64,000 nucleotides of DNA, from the NCBI RefSeq assembly GCF_000142905.1, contig NW_013657665.1, positions 186,001 through 250,000 on the forward strand. The letters are read 5' to 3'. The translations under genes were made by a program, and so were the position numbers. This DNA is from Thecamonas trahens ATCC 50062 (Eukaryota > Protista > Apusomonadida). The number at the start of each line of letters is the position of its first letter. Position 1 is the stretch's first letter. Under the pieces are notes generated by a model. That model saw nothing but the letters and a program-made list of their open reading frames with translations, was not told the DNA's origin and searched no databases. Below are positions 19,964-32,200 of this stretch, in pieces.

Positions 19964-22279
19964 TCATGCCTGCGCAAGCTGCTGGAGCTTGGCAGTGCGA
20001 CGCGGGGTATCCGAGAACAGGGCGCGGATGAGGTGCTGAACTTCATGGCGCGAGAAGCCGGGCATGGCATCGAGGGTGATGGCGTCAAGGTCCATGCCCA
20101 GGAAGGTCTGCAGAGCTGAGAACCGTGTGAGGGCCGGGACGTACTTTGCGGCCGGCGCCGCCTCGCCGCCGTGGACAAACAGATGCGGGAGCGGGGCGGC
20201 GAGCGAGGCCATGAGGGCAACAAGCTGGTACGACTCAGCAGCGGCAATGTCGCGGAGAGTGAGAACGCCTGAGGTGACCTTGGAGAGGACGGCTTCAACA
20301 AGGACACCGACAGTGTGGAGGTAGAGCTGGCGCGGGAAGACGGCCCAGATGGTGGCGGCGTCCTGCAGGACGTGGACGACCGACTGGAGTGCGCCTTCAA
20401 CAGCGTCAAACTTATCGTCGAGGTGGGTGCCACCGAATCCGTCGACCTGCCCGAGCGCCGCGGCCACGCGCTTGCGCGCGCGCATGACGGCTGCGGCGTA
20501 GACCGACTCGCCGAGCGAGCGGAAGAGCGGGACAAGGTCGACAAAGGTGGAGACGTGCGAGCCCGTGGCCTCTGCGAGCTTGGGCGCAAACTCGAACGAG
20601 AGCAGGAGACAGTGGTGCGCGAGGTACATGCAGTCGTTGTGGAAGAGGGCGGCAAAGGTCTCGTCGTTTTCCAGGCGCGACGCGTGGTAGGTGGGCATGA
20701 GTGCGCGAAAGAGGTCGAAGAGGTCGCGCGCGCCAGCCGCAAGCTGCCGTGCCGTTGTTGGCGACGCGCCCACAGCCTCGTCGAGAGTTTGCCACGCCAT
20801 GGCCACCAGCGTCTGAGTCGAGCACGAGACGTGGCACGAGGGCATGACGATCAGGCCTGAGCCACCGACACCTGCACCGCCCTTTCCGCCCTTGCCGCCC
20901 TTCTTGGACGCAGCTGGCGCCGCACCCTTGACCTGGGCGTGGAATGGCGAGCGCTCCTCCTCAAACGCCACCACCACGGTGTTGCGGTCCAGCGAGAGCA
21001 GCAGCTCCCGCGCCATGACCACCAGCTCGCGGCGCTTGTTGGCGGCAAAGTGTGTGTCGATGTTGCGGACGTAGTCGCGAAGTTCCGACGTGGCACTCGC
21101 CACCAGACCCTTGTTGAGGACAAAGAGCTCAAAGGCTTCGACAGCGACCGCCACGTCGTCAAAGACCGTGAGCTCCTCCGTCGATGAAGGGACTGCCGGC
21201 GCAAGGACAGAGGCAATGATGCCCTGGACTAGCCGCGGCCAGACAAACTTGCCCATCCGCGCCATGTACCCGAGGTTGTTGCCGAAGAGCGCCTGCGAGA
21301 TAAAGTCGATGGCTTCCTTGAGGGCGGCAATGAGGGCGGTGACTGTGTCGAGCGCCGAGGTTGGCGCGGCGTCGGCATCAGCGTCGGCATCACCATCAGC
21401 ATCGACAGCGGCCGGCTCTAGCATGCCGCGAAGGTTGGCCATCACGCCGCTGATCTTGGCCGTGACCGTAAACGTTGTCGGGTTTGCCAGCAGCGGATCG
21501 AGAATGGTCTCAAACAGCTTGTTTGCCACCCACTCGAGCTTGTCGTCAAATGCGTCGAGAGTGGCGAGAGCGTCGAGAACGGCTGAGAGTGCAACCGGCG
21601 CGTCCGAGCCCGAGGCCGAGGCGATGGGCGCCAGCCGGCGGGTGAGGGTGACTGCGTGCAACGACGGCGTCTTGCCGGCGCTCAGCGCCTGTGGGTCGTC
21701 GAAGCGGACGCCGCGCTTAAAGAGCTCGGCAACACGTGCCTCGAGCTTGACCGCCAGCCGGAGGTAGTGGGCCTCGAGGATGGCAAAGATGCGCGCGTCG
21801 ACGAGGACGCCCGACTCGAGGCGGACCCGGTCCATGAGCACACCGAGCGCGGCAGAGGCCTCGGCGGCGTCGGCGTAGTTGCCGGCGGCGAGGGCTGAGT
21901 CAAGGCTTTCGAGGAGAGCATGAGCGGCGGCTAGCGTCTCGAGGACGTCGACCATGGCAGCAGCAGCAGCGACTTCGTCCGACGCGCCGCGGGCTGCACC
22001 GTGAGCTGCAGCGAGGGCGGCGGCGCCGTCGTCGGGCCCGGGCGCGCCAGTCTCTGCACCTACCACTCGCTGCAAATCGGCCACAACAGCAGCAAGCTCA
22101 GCCACATCAGCCGAGAGATCAGCGGTGTAGTTGAGCGTCGTCACAAACTCGGCGTAGTGTGCATTGACCGTAGCGTAGACCTTGGCCTTGACCTCTTCCG
22201 TCCGTGCGGCCAGAGCCTCAAGGCTCGCACCCGCGCCCGTCACTCCCCCGCCAATTGCCGCCACAACTTCGGCAGCCAT
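19964..22279 (-). CDS. ZW10: Centromere/kinetochore protein ZW10 homolog (Dsl1/NRZ tether)
   Basis: Conserved AALFHNDCMYLAHHCL, FVDLVP.FR.LG and EVQHLIRALFSDTPRR motifs; about 770-aa helical protein. Start taken at MAAEVV. Confidence 0.9.
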   Translation of the reverse strand: MAAEVVAAIGGGVTGAGASLEALAARTEEVKAKVYATVNAHYAEFVTTLNYTADLSADVAELAAVVADLQRVVGAETGAPGPDDGAAALAAAHGAARGASDEVAAAAAMVDVLETLAAAHALLESLDSALAAGNYADAAEASAALGVLMDRVRLESGVLVDARIFAILEAHYLRLAVKLEARVAELFKRGVRFDDPQALSAGKTPSLHAVTLTRRLAPIASASGSDAPVALSAVLDALATLDAFDDKLEWVANKLFETILDPLLANPTTFTVTAKISGVMANLRGMLEPAAVDADGDADADADAAPTSALDTVTALIAALKEAIDFISQALFGNNLGYMARMGKFVWPRLVQGIIASVLAPAVPSSTEELTVFDDVAVAVEAFELFVLNKGLVASATSELRDYVRNIDTHFAANKRRELVVMARELLLSLDRNTVVVAFEEERSPFHAQVKGAAPAASKKGGKGGKGGAGVGGSGLIVMPSCHVSCSTQTLVAMAWQTLDEAVGASPTTARQLAAGARDLFDLFRALMPTYHASRLENDETFAALFHNDCMYLAHHCLLLSFEFAPKLAEATGSHVSTFVDLVPLFRSLGESVYAAAVMRARKRVAAALGQVDGFGGTHLDDKFDAVEGALQSVVHVLQDAATIWAVFPRQLYLHTVGVLVEAVLSKVTSGVLTLRDIAAAESYQLVALMASLAAPLPHLFVHGGEAAPAAKYVPALTRFSALQTFLGMDLDAITLDAMPGFSRHEVQHLIRALFSDTPRRTAKLQQLAQA

Positions 22280-22864
22280 AGTGTATGTGTATGAGTGGCG
22301 TGTGGAGAGAGGTGTGCGCCCAGGGAATGGCCAAGGTGCGTGCAAGCGGTGTCTTGATGGCGTGTGCGAGAGGGGGAGTGTCTGGTTTGGCGCCAAATGG
22401 TCAAATGCCATGGATGCGCGCGTATGGCTGTCACCCGCACCCGAACAGCATCGTCATTGGGCTTGTGGGCTGCGTACGTGCTGTCGATGACTATCATATC
22501 TAGTGGTTGGCATATGTACGGGCTGAATGGTGTATGGGGGCATGGATATGCTCGACGATGGAGTTTATTGGCCGGAAGGTGTTGTAGTGCGCCTCTGAGT
22601 CAAGCACCCCTACCCTACACAATGCAATTGCTATGCCACCATCATAGGTACCCATAACCATCACAAACCGAGATCCACAACTGCATGTGCACAGAGCTAG
22701 CATACGTGGGCTATACCTCTTATCCCCCCCCCCCCCCCCACGCCCTCGCTTCTCCCATCAGAGCGAACCGAGTCGAGCGACGAAAAGGCCGAAACCACGA
22801 CGACTTGCGGTCGTACAGTTGTCACTCTCACAGCTAGCCGCCCCTCTCTCTCGTCAAGGTCACC

Positions 22865-24014
22865 ATGCTGCGGCTGTCGTCCACGCTCGCACGATTGGGT
22901 ATGCCTCCCTTCCCTTCCCTTCCCTTCCCGCCCTCCCCCCTCCCCTCCCCAACGTCCCCCTCCCTCCCTCCCTCCCCTCCCCCCCCCCCCCCCCCCTTCC
23001 ACCCCTTCCCTGGATGCCCTCCCACTCACACCCGCTCCTCCCCCTCGGTACACAGCCACCGCCGTGCCGACGCTGACCCCTGCGGGCTGCTCGGCCCTCC
23101 TCCGCCTTCCCTCTGCATCCCTCCACACTTCCACAGACTCTTCCGGTACGCCATACCCTTCTCGTTCGCCCCCCCTGCCCCTTCACCCTCCTTCCCGTCC
23201 ACCCCCCTCTTCCCCCCCCCCTGTATCGTCCCTCCCCCCTCGCCCCCCCCTCGCCCCCCCCCCCCCCCCGGCCGCTGCCCTTTGGCTGACGTCCAAATTT
23301 TTGCTCTCCACACACCGCCGCCTCCCCCTCCCCCTCCCCCCCCCCCCTTCCCCCCTTCCCTTCCCCCGCCCTCCGCACACCCCTTCTTCCTGCTTTGTGC
23401 TATGATGGAGAGACTCACAAGGAGAATGCGTTTTGTGGTCAGAGCCTGCTGCTGCTGAGTCTGCCCCTGTGGCCGGTGCTGGCACGCAGGGCGCCGTGGC
23501 TGGCCCGTCGTCGTCGGCCCTCGTCGCTGGCACACCGCCGTCCAACAAGGGCGAGTACGTGGTGGCCAAGCTTGACGATCTCGTCAACTGGGCTCGGAAG
23601 GGCTCGATCTGGCCCATGACTTTCGGTCTTGCCTGCTGCGCTGTGGAGATGATGCAGTGCGCCGCCGCACGGTATGACGTCGATCGGTTCGGGATCATCT
23701 TCCGCCCCTCGCCTCGTCAGTCCGACTGCATGATCGTTGCCGGCACGCTCACCAACAAGATGGCACCGGCGCTGCGCAAGGTTTACGACCAGATGCCCGA
23801 GCCGCGGTGGGTCGTCTCCATGGGCTCGTGCGCCAACGGTGGTGGCTACTACCACTACTCGTACGCCGTCGTCCGCGGCTGCGACCGCATCGTTCCCGTC
23901 GACGTCTACGTCCCGGGCTGCCCGCCTACCGCAGAGGGCCTCATGTACGGCCTTCTTGTCCTCCAGAAGAAGGTTGCCCGCTCCCAGGGTCTTTCTGCCT
24001 GGTACCGTAAGTGA
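22865..24014 (+). CDS. NDUFS7: NADH:ubiquinone oxidoreductase PSST/20-kDa subunit; join(22865..22898,23056..23145,23443..24014)
   Basis: [27 protein letters not shown] and [11 protein letters not shown]. Two phase-1 introns (GTATGC..CAG, GTACGC..CAG) join a mitochondrial presequence [15 protein letters not shown]...SLHTS. Confidence 0.97.
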
Positions 24015-24342
24015 GTGAACACAGTCTTGGACCGGCCTTCCCCCACCGCCCTTAGCCATCACCCCACCATGCAAGGGCCAGACAACGTAGATCAAACCCC
24101 TTTGAAGCAATCGAACCAATGGCTAACCATGATTCACTCTTTCCTGTCATGGCCCATCTTGCCGCCTCCTTGCCCTCGTGATCACACGTGGGGAGGGAGG
24201 GGGGGGGGGGGAGAGGAGGCACACTCCAGCGAAACCACGAGACCGACGAGACCACGAGACAACCACCAAGAGAAGGAGGAGGAGGAGGGAGCAAAGTCCA
24301 GCACCCAACTCTGTGGCCAGGCCACTCCACATCTCCACCACC

Positions 24343-26236
24343 ATGAGCTCATCCGAGCGTACGTACCCCCCTCGACATAGTTGGCATTGATGTACGCCTC
24401 AGCTTGCATGGCCTCCAGCTCGGCCAGCGAGGTTTGCGGAAAGTCCGAACCTGGTGGCGGAGTCATCGCCATGTGCGCCGGCGAGGGAATGGGAAGGCCG
24501 GGCAGTCCGAGCTTGACGTTGGTCATTTCCACTGGAATGATGTCCAGATATCTATTCTTGAACAGAATGGGCTTGGTTAGCTTGACCAGAGGCCGCTTCT
24601 CCTTCCGCTCCAGCTTGGCCAAGTGTTCGTACTCCTTGATAAATCCGATGCCACTCCCATGTGCCGTCATGTGCTTCTTGTACTTGGCAAACTGTGCGCG
24701 GACAAAGTGCAGCCGCTGCCAGAGCAGTGCCTCTGAGCCAGCAGCCTCCACCAGTCCCGCCAGTTCCAGCACTCCGTCATCAGTCCCTATCCCTCACATC
24801 CAAGCATAAGTACATACATGAGAGTATACGGTGAGTTGTAGTTGTAGTTGTAGTTGTAGTTGTAGTTGTAGTTGGGGGGGGGGGGACTACAACTACAACT
24901 CACCGTATACTCTCATGTATGTACTTATGCTTGGATGTGAGGGATAGGGACTGATGACGGAGTGCTGGAACTGGCGGGACTGGTGGAGGCTGCTGGCTCA
25001 GAGGCACTGCTCTGGCAGCGGCTGCACTTTGTCCGCGCACAGTTTGCCAAGTACAAGAAGCACATGACGGCACATGGGAGTGGCATCGGATTTATCAAGG
25101 AGTACGAACACTTGGCCAAGCTGGAGCGGAAGGAGAAGCGGCCTCTGGTCAAGCTAACCAAGCCCATTCTGTTCAAGAATAGATATCTGGACATCATTCC
25201 AGTGGAAATGACCAACGTCAAGCTCGGACTGCCCGGCCTTCCCATTCCCTCGCCGGCGCACATGGCGATGACTCCGCCACCAGGTTCGGACTTTCCGCAA
25301 ACCTCGCTGGCCGAGCTGGAGGCCATGCAAGCTGAGGCGTACATCAATGCCAACTATGTCGAGCTGTGGACCGAGCTGACGTACGTGGCGGCGCAGGGCC
25401 CACTGCCCAACACCGTGCTCGACTTTTGGAAGATGGTATGGCAGCAAGACTCAGCCATGATTGTCATGCTCACCAATCTCATCGAGCGCGGCATCGAAAA
25501 GTGCCATCGGTACTGGCCGTCATCCTCCAACGACCGCTCGGGCTCGCTCGCCCTCCCCGCCCGCGACAACGACGAAGAGGCGGCGCTGTATGCCGTCGAC
25601 GTCGGCCCGTTTGTGGTTGAGCTCCTCTCGCAAGAAGCCTCCCAAGACTACACCCTCCGCCGACTGCGCATGACGCACATCGAGTCGGGCGTGGTCAAGC
25701 CGGTCCTCCAGGCCCATTACACCGCCTGGCCCGACCAGGGCATCCCTGACCCGGAGCCGTTTGCTCGGTTCTGCAACGTCATCGACTCGAAGCTTGCGGC
25801 GCTCAAACCTGCGCCTCTTATTGTCCACTGCTCGGCTGGCGTGGGGCGCACAGGCGTTTTTGTTGCCTGCCACAACATCCTGCAGCACATGCGCAACTAC
25901 CTTATCTCAGGCTCGTCCAAGATGGCCTTCCTCTTTGACGTCATGGGCACTGTCCGCCGCATGCGGCAGCACAGACCGTTTATGGTCCAGAACGCTGACC
26001 AGTATCGCTTCGTCTACCTCTATCTCTGTGCTCAGATCGAGGCCTTCTTTGACTCTGCTGCCGTCTCGGAGTTTCTGGCAACCGCACCGCCCGGTGCCTC
26101 GCTGCCTGTCGAGCAGGAGGAGACCGACGCGTCGTCATCACTTGCCGCCGACGATGAGACCGACTATGTGTACGAAGATGACGACCTGGCCAGCGCTGTT
26201 GCCTATGTCACGGGCCCTTTTGCCCACAACGAGTAG
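24343..26236 (+). CDS. Classical non-receptor protein tyrosine phosphatase; join(24343..24358,24948..26236)
   Basis: KNRYLDIIP, YINANYV, AQGPL..T..DFWKMVWQ, KC.RYWP, WPDQG, VHCSAGVGRTG and MVQNADQY. Micro-exon accaccATGAGCTCATCCGAGC|GTACGT splices in phase to TAG|GGACT, giving MSSSERTDDGVLEL. Confidence 0.93.
24371..25363. repeat. Inverted repeat, apparently perfect: arms 24371..24848 and 24886..25363 (478 bp each), 37-nt spacer of (TTGTAG)n plus poly-G
   Basis: Identical translations on opposite strands (24182..24772- vs 24962+, and 24381+ vs 25353-); arm ends match by reverse complement. Confidence 0.95.
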
Positions 26237-26251
26237 CTGCTCTGTGCACAT

Positions 26252-29200
26252 TCATTCGGTAAACGTAATCGTCATGGATGACGAGAGCGAGATAACATCG
26301 TCGGCTGGCGATGAAAACTGGTCGATGCGCGGCCGGCGCCGGCGTCTGGCCGACACAGTCTGTGACGACGCGACATCACCCACTACGACCTTGGCGCTGC
26401 CAGCCGCGACAGAGACCGAAAACGAGGTCTCATGCTGGCCTGTCGGCTCGTCGACTGGCCGCCGACGCAGGGTGGCGTGCAGCGGGGAGCTGGCGGCAAA
26501 GATGCCCGACTGCGACGAGGCCACAGAAAGCGTCTCTTCAAAGTCATGAGTCGGTTCGTCGCGCGGGCGGCGGCGCGGCTGCGTCGCCGGTACAAAAGCG
26601 GAAGCAAAACGAGCCACTGGGGCATGGGCATGGGGCACAACTACGGCCGCGTCCTGATGGACGCCCAAAATGCTTGCCTCGTCGGCAACAGCGCCGACGA
26701 CGTCTGTGGCGTCGTCCACGACCGGGACATCGCGCGGACGGCGGAGTCGCGTCGTAGGCACGGTTACAGCACCAACAGCTTCAGTATGGGTGCGCGTTTC
26801 GGTAGTAGCAGCGACACAGGCAGGCTCAGTGAGCGAATCACTCACCTCGATGACGTCCGCGTCACTGGCGGCCAATTCGTCGCGCGGCACACGGCGGCGC
26901 GCTGAGCGGCGGCGAGTGACGTTGGCTGACTGCAAATCGGCAAATCGACGGGATGTGCGCTGAGGGGCATCCGCCTCGATGAGAGGATCCAGTTCGGATT
27001 GGGACGGCAACGCCGCAGGGACGCCAACAGGCTCTGTCGCAGCGTCGACGGGAGCGTCGACTGCGACGATGTCCCGCGGCAGACGCCGCCCAGGGCGGGT
27101 TCGCCGCAGCGGGCGGGTTGGGAGTGAAGCTGGGTTCGGAGTCATCACCATCGGCGGTACGTGCGCCACATGAGCATGAGGAGACGGATGCAGCGTAGCC
27201 GGTGGGTACAAGTGCGGCGAAGCCGGCGCATGAAGGAGTGGCCCGTGAGCAAGCGGGTGGGTGGCGGCCAAAGGCGGAGCATGCACTGGCTTTCTCTGGC
27301 CGGCTTCCTGGTCTTTCAAGTGCCTGGACGAGGTTACCGGGGCAGGCTTCACAAACACCACGTCTGGAACCTCGAGGTACGCCTCTGGAATCTTTGCGGG
27401 CTCGTGGCGATGCCGGCGGAGACGCGACGGGCGTCGGGGGGGCGGTGTCAGGGGAGCAAACGTAGACTCTTCGTCAGATTCGCTCGCGACAACACAGTCG
27501 AGGTCAGCTGTCGAGCCTGGAAGGGCAGCACCATCAACGCCGTTGTTGCCATCAGAGAGCTCTGCATCGGCATGCGGTACACGGCGGCGGAAAGCCACAG
27601 ATTCAGGCTGGTAGCAAGATGATTCGTCTGATACGGTCGACTCGGGAGAAAGGCGTCGCTGCGGACGGCGGAGAGCGACCGCATCAGTGGTGTAAAGTGA
27701 CATCGAGCTGTCGTGATCATCACCAGTCAATCCTCGCGGAGACGACGGTGGCGGCTTGCGCGCGATGACATCCGAGCCGTAGTGCGACGCCTCGAACGGA
27801 GAGTCGGCCTCTGACTCGGTGTACGAGCTCGAACTTGAGTACAAACTCGACGACGAGGACGACGCGGATGTAGGAGAAGAAGGGGACAACATCCGAGTAG
27901 GACGTGAACGGTAGGCAACGCTGTCCGTGCCAGCGTAAAAGGAGAGTTCAGACGTCGGAGACAATGACGAGCGCGTCGACGACGAGCGCGGCTTGAATCC
28001 GGCGGCGTCCTTCGAGTAGGACGACGGCGATGGCTCGTGCCCCGACGACGAGCGCATGGATGACGAGCGCGGCTTGAATCCGGCGGCGTCCTTAGAGTAG
28101 GACGACGGCGGTGGCTCGTGCTCCGACGACGAGTGCGTGGATGACGAGTGCGTGGATGACGAACGCGGCTTGAATCCGGCGGCGTCCTTCGAGTAGGACG
28201 ACGGCGATGGCTCGTGCCCCGACGACGAGCGCATGGATGACGAGCGCGGCTTGAATCCAGCGGCGTCCTTAGAGTAGGACGACGGCGATGGCTCGTGCCC
28301 CGACGACGAGCGCATGGATGACGAGCGCGGCTTGAATCCAGCGGCGTCCTTAGAGTAGGACGACGGCGATGGCTCGTGCTCCGACGACGAGCGCGTGGAT
28401 GACGAGCGCGTCGACGACGAGCGCGGCTTGAATCCAGCGGCGTCCTTAGAGTAGGACGACGGCGATGGCTCGTGCTCCGACGACGAGCGCGTGGATGACG
28501 AGCGCGGCTTGAATCCGGCGGCGTCCTTCGAGTAGGACGACGGCGATGGCTCGTGCTCCGACGACGAGCGCATGGATGACGAGCGCGGCTTGAATCCAGC
28601 GGCGTCCTTAGAGTAGGACGACGGCGATGGCTCGTGCTCCGACGACGAGCGCGTGGATGACGAGCGCGTCGACGACGAGCGCGGCTTGAATCCGGCGGCG
28701 TCCTTCGAGTAGGACGACGGCGAAGGCTCGTGCTCCGACGACGAGCGCGTGGATGACGAGCGCGGCTTGAATCCGGCGGCGTCCTTCGAGTAGGACGACG
28801 GCGATGGCTCGTGCTCCGACGACGAGCGCATGGATGACGAGCGCGGCTTGAATCCAGCGGCGTCCTTAGAGTAGGACGACGGCGATGGCTCGTGCTCCGA
28901 CGACGAGCGCGTGGATGACGAGCGCGTCGACGACGAGCGCGGCTTGAATCCGGCGGCGTCCTTCGAGTAGGACGACGGCTGCGACTCGGTCCCAGCAGCC
29001 CCGGAGCGGGAATGGAAGCCAGCAGCATCATTCGAGTAGGACGACGGCTGCGACTCGCCGGAGTAGCCCTTGAACCCGGCACCATCCGTAGAGTAGGACG
29101 ACGGTCGCGACTCGCCAGACCGGCCCTTGAAGCCAGCAGCATCCGTAGAGTAGGACGACCGCTGCGACTCGTCGGAGTGGCCCTTGAACCCAGCACCATC

Positions 29201-32200
29201 GGTAGAGTAGGACGACGGCTGCGACTCGATCCCAGCAGTCCCGGAGCGGGCATGGAAGCCAGCACCATCCGTAGAGTAGGACGACCGCTGCGACTCGTCG
29301 GAGTGACCCTTGAACCCGGTACCATCCGTAGAGTAGGACGACGGCTGCGACTCGCCAGACCGGCCCTTGAATCCGGTACCATCCGTAGAGTAGGACGACC
29401 GCTGCGACTCGGTCCCAGCAATCCCGGAGCGGGGATGGAAGCCAGCAGCATCCGTAGAGTAGGACGACCGCTGCGACTCGTCGGAGTGGCCCTTGAACCC
29501 GGCACCGTCCGTAGAGTAGGACGACGGCTGCGACTCGCCAGACCGGCCCTTGAAGCCAGCGCCATCCGTAGAGTATGAAGACGGCTGCGACTCGATCCCA
29601 GCAGCCCCGGACGGCCCTTGAACCCGGCACCATCCGTAGAGTAGGACGACTGTCGCGACTCGTCGGAGTGACCCTTGAATCCGGTACCATCCGTAGAGTA
29701 GGACGACGGCTGTGACTCGTCGGACCGGGCCTTGAAGCCAGCAGCATCCGTAGAGTAGGACGACGGCTGCGACTCGGTCCCAGCAGCCCCGGAGCAGGGA
29801 TGGAAGCCAGCAGCATCCGTAGAGTAGGACGACCGCTGCGACTCGTCGGAGTGGCCCTTGAACCCGGCGCCATCGATAGAGTAGGACGACGGCTGCGACT
29901 CGCCGGAGTAGCCCTTGAACCCGGCACCATCCGTAGAGTAGGACGACGGTCGCGACTCNNNNNNNNNNNNNNNNNNNNNNNNNNNNNNNNNNNNNNNNNN
30001 NNNNNNNNNNNNNNNNNNNNNNNNNNNNNNNNNNNNNNNNNNNNNNNNNNNNNNNNNNTTGAACCCGGCACCATCCGTAGAGTATGAAGACGGCTGCGAC
30101 TCGATCCCAGCAGCCCCGGAGCGGGGATGGAAGCCAGCAGCATCCGTAGAGTAGGACGACGGCTGCGACTCGGTCCCAGCAGCCCCGGAGCAGGGATGGA
30201 AGCCAGCAGCATCCGTAGAGTAGGACGACCGCTGCGACTCGTCGGAGTGGCCCTTGAACCCGGCGCCATCGATAGAGTAGGACGACGGCTGCGACTCGCC
30301 GGACCGGGCCTTGAAGCCAGCACCATCCGTAGAGTAGGACGACGGCTGTGTCTCGCCAGACCGGCCCTTGAACCCGGTACCATCCGTAGAGTAGGACGAC
30401 GGCTGCGACTCGGTCCCAGCAGCCCCGGAGCGGGGATGGAAGCCAGCAGCATCCGTAGAGTAGGACGACCGCTGCGACTCGTCGGAGTGGCCCTTGAACC
30501 CGGCGCCATCCGTAGAGTATGAAGACGGCTGCGACTCGATCCCAGCAGCCCCGGAGCGGGGATGGAAGCCAGCAGCATCCGTAGAGTAGGACGACTGTCG
30601 CGACTCGTCGGAGTGACCCTTGAACCCGGCACCGTCCGTAGAGTAGGACGACGGTCGCGACTCGCCAGACCGGCCCTTGAAGCCAGCGCCATCCGTAGAG
30701 TAGGACGACGGCTGCGACTCGCCAGACCGACCCTTGAATCCGGTACCATCCGTAGAGTAGGACGACGGCTGCGACTCGGTCCCAGCAATCCCGGAGCGGG
30801 GATGGAAGCCAGCAGCATCCGTAGAGTAGGACGACCGCTGCGACTCGTCGGAGTGACCCTTGAAGCCAGCGCCATCCGTAGAGTAGGACGACGGCTGCGA
30901 CTCGCCAGACCGACCCTTGAACCCGGCGCCATCCGTAGAGTAGGACGACGGCTGCGACTCGCCGGACCGGCCCTTGAACCCGGCGCCATCGGTAGAGTAT
31001 GAAGACGGCTGCGACTCGCCGGAGTAGCCCTTGAACCCGGCACCATCCGTAGAGTAGGACGACGGCTGCGACTCAGTCCCAGCAATCCCGGAGCGGGGAT
31101 GGAAGCCAGCAGCATCCGTAGAGTAGGACGACCGCTGCGACTCGTCGGAGTGACCCTTGAACCCGGTACCATCCGTAGAGTAGGACGACGGCTGCGACTC
31201 GATCCCAGCAGTCCCGGAGCGGGCATGGAAGCCAGCAGCATCCGTAGAGTAGGACGACGGTCGCGACTCGTCGGACCGGCCCTTGAACCCGGCACCATCC
31301 GTAGAGTAGGACGACGGCTGCGACTCGATCCCAGCAGTCCCGGAGCGGGCATGGAAGCCAGCAGCATCCGTAGAGTAGGACGACGGTCGCGACTCGTCGG
31401 ACCGGCCCTTGAACCCGGCGCCATCCGTAGAGTAGGACGACGGCTGCGACTCGCCGGACCGGCCCTTGAACCCGGCGCCATCGGTAGAGTATGAAGACGG
31501 CTGCGACTCGCCGGAGTAGCCCTTGAACCCGGCACCATCCGTAGAGTAGGACGACGGCTGCGACTCGGTCCCAGCAGCCCCGGAGCGGGAATGGAAGCCA
31601 GCAGCATCATTCGAGTAGGACGACCGCTGCGACTCGCCGGTGTGACCCTTGAACCCGGCACCATCCGTAGAGTATGAAGACGGCTGCGACTCCCCAGACC
31701 GGCCCTTGAACCCGGTACCATCCGTAGAGTAGGACGACGGCTGCGACTCGCCAGACCGACCCTTGAACCCGGTACCATCCGTAGAGTAGGACGACGGCTG
31801 CGACTCGATCCCAGCAGTCCCGGAGCGGGCATGGAAGCCAGCAGCATCATTCGAGTAGGACGACGGCTGCGACTCGCCAGACCGGCCCTTGAATCCGGTA
31901 CCATCCGTAGAGTAGGACGACCGCTGCGACTCGGTCCCAGCAGTCCCGGAGCGGGCATGGAAGCCAGCAGCATCATTCGAGTAGGACGACGGCTGCGACT
32001 CGGTCCCAGCAATCCCGGAGCGGGATGGAAGCCAGCACCATCCGTAGAGTAGGACGACGGCTGCGACTCGCCGGACCAGGCCTTGAAGCCAGCACCATCC
32101 GTAGAGTAGGACGACGGCTGTGTCTCGCCAGACCGGCCCTTGAACCCGGCGCCATCCGCAGAGTAGGACGACGGCTGCGACTCGGTCCCAGCAATCCCGG

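Noticed and set aside
22687-23535. Pro-rich and Gly-rich ORFs over the NDUFS7 5' region, and similarly at 48235-48993
   Set aside because: Translations of poly-C intron or intergenic sequence.
24182-24772. Second, minus-strand PTP gene or pseudogene
   Set aside because: It is only the inverted copy of exon 2's start, has no catalytic domain, and is probably an assembly artefact.
24834-24885. (TTGTAG)n plus G-run as an interstitial telomere or MITE centre
   Set aside because: Not a TTAGGG-type repeat, there is no target-site duplication, and the arms are host gene sequence; it fits an intronic microsatellite.
29028-32020. Arg-rich RRPTLRM C-terminal part of the 6204-aa ORF
   Set aside because: Wrong-frame translation after the single-base loss near 32023; the true frame continues the SSYSTD repeats.
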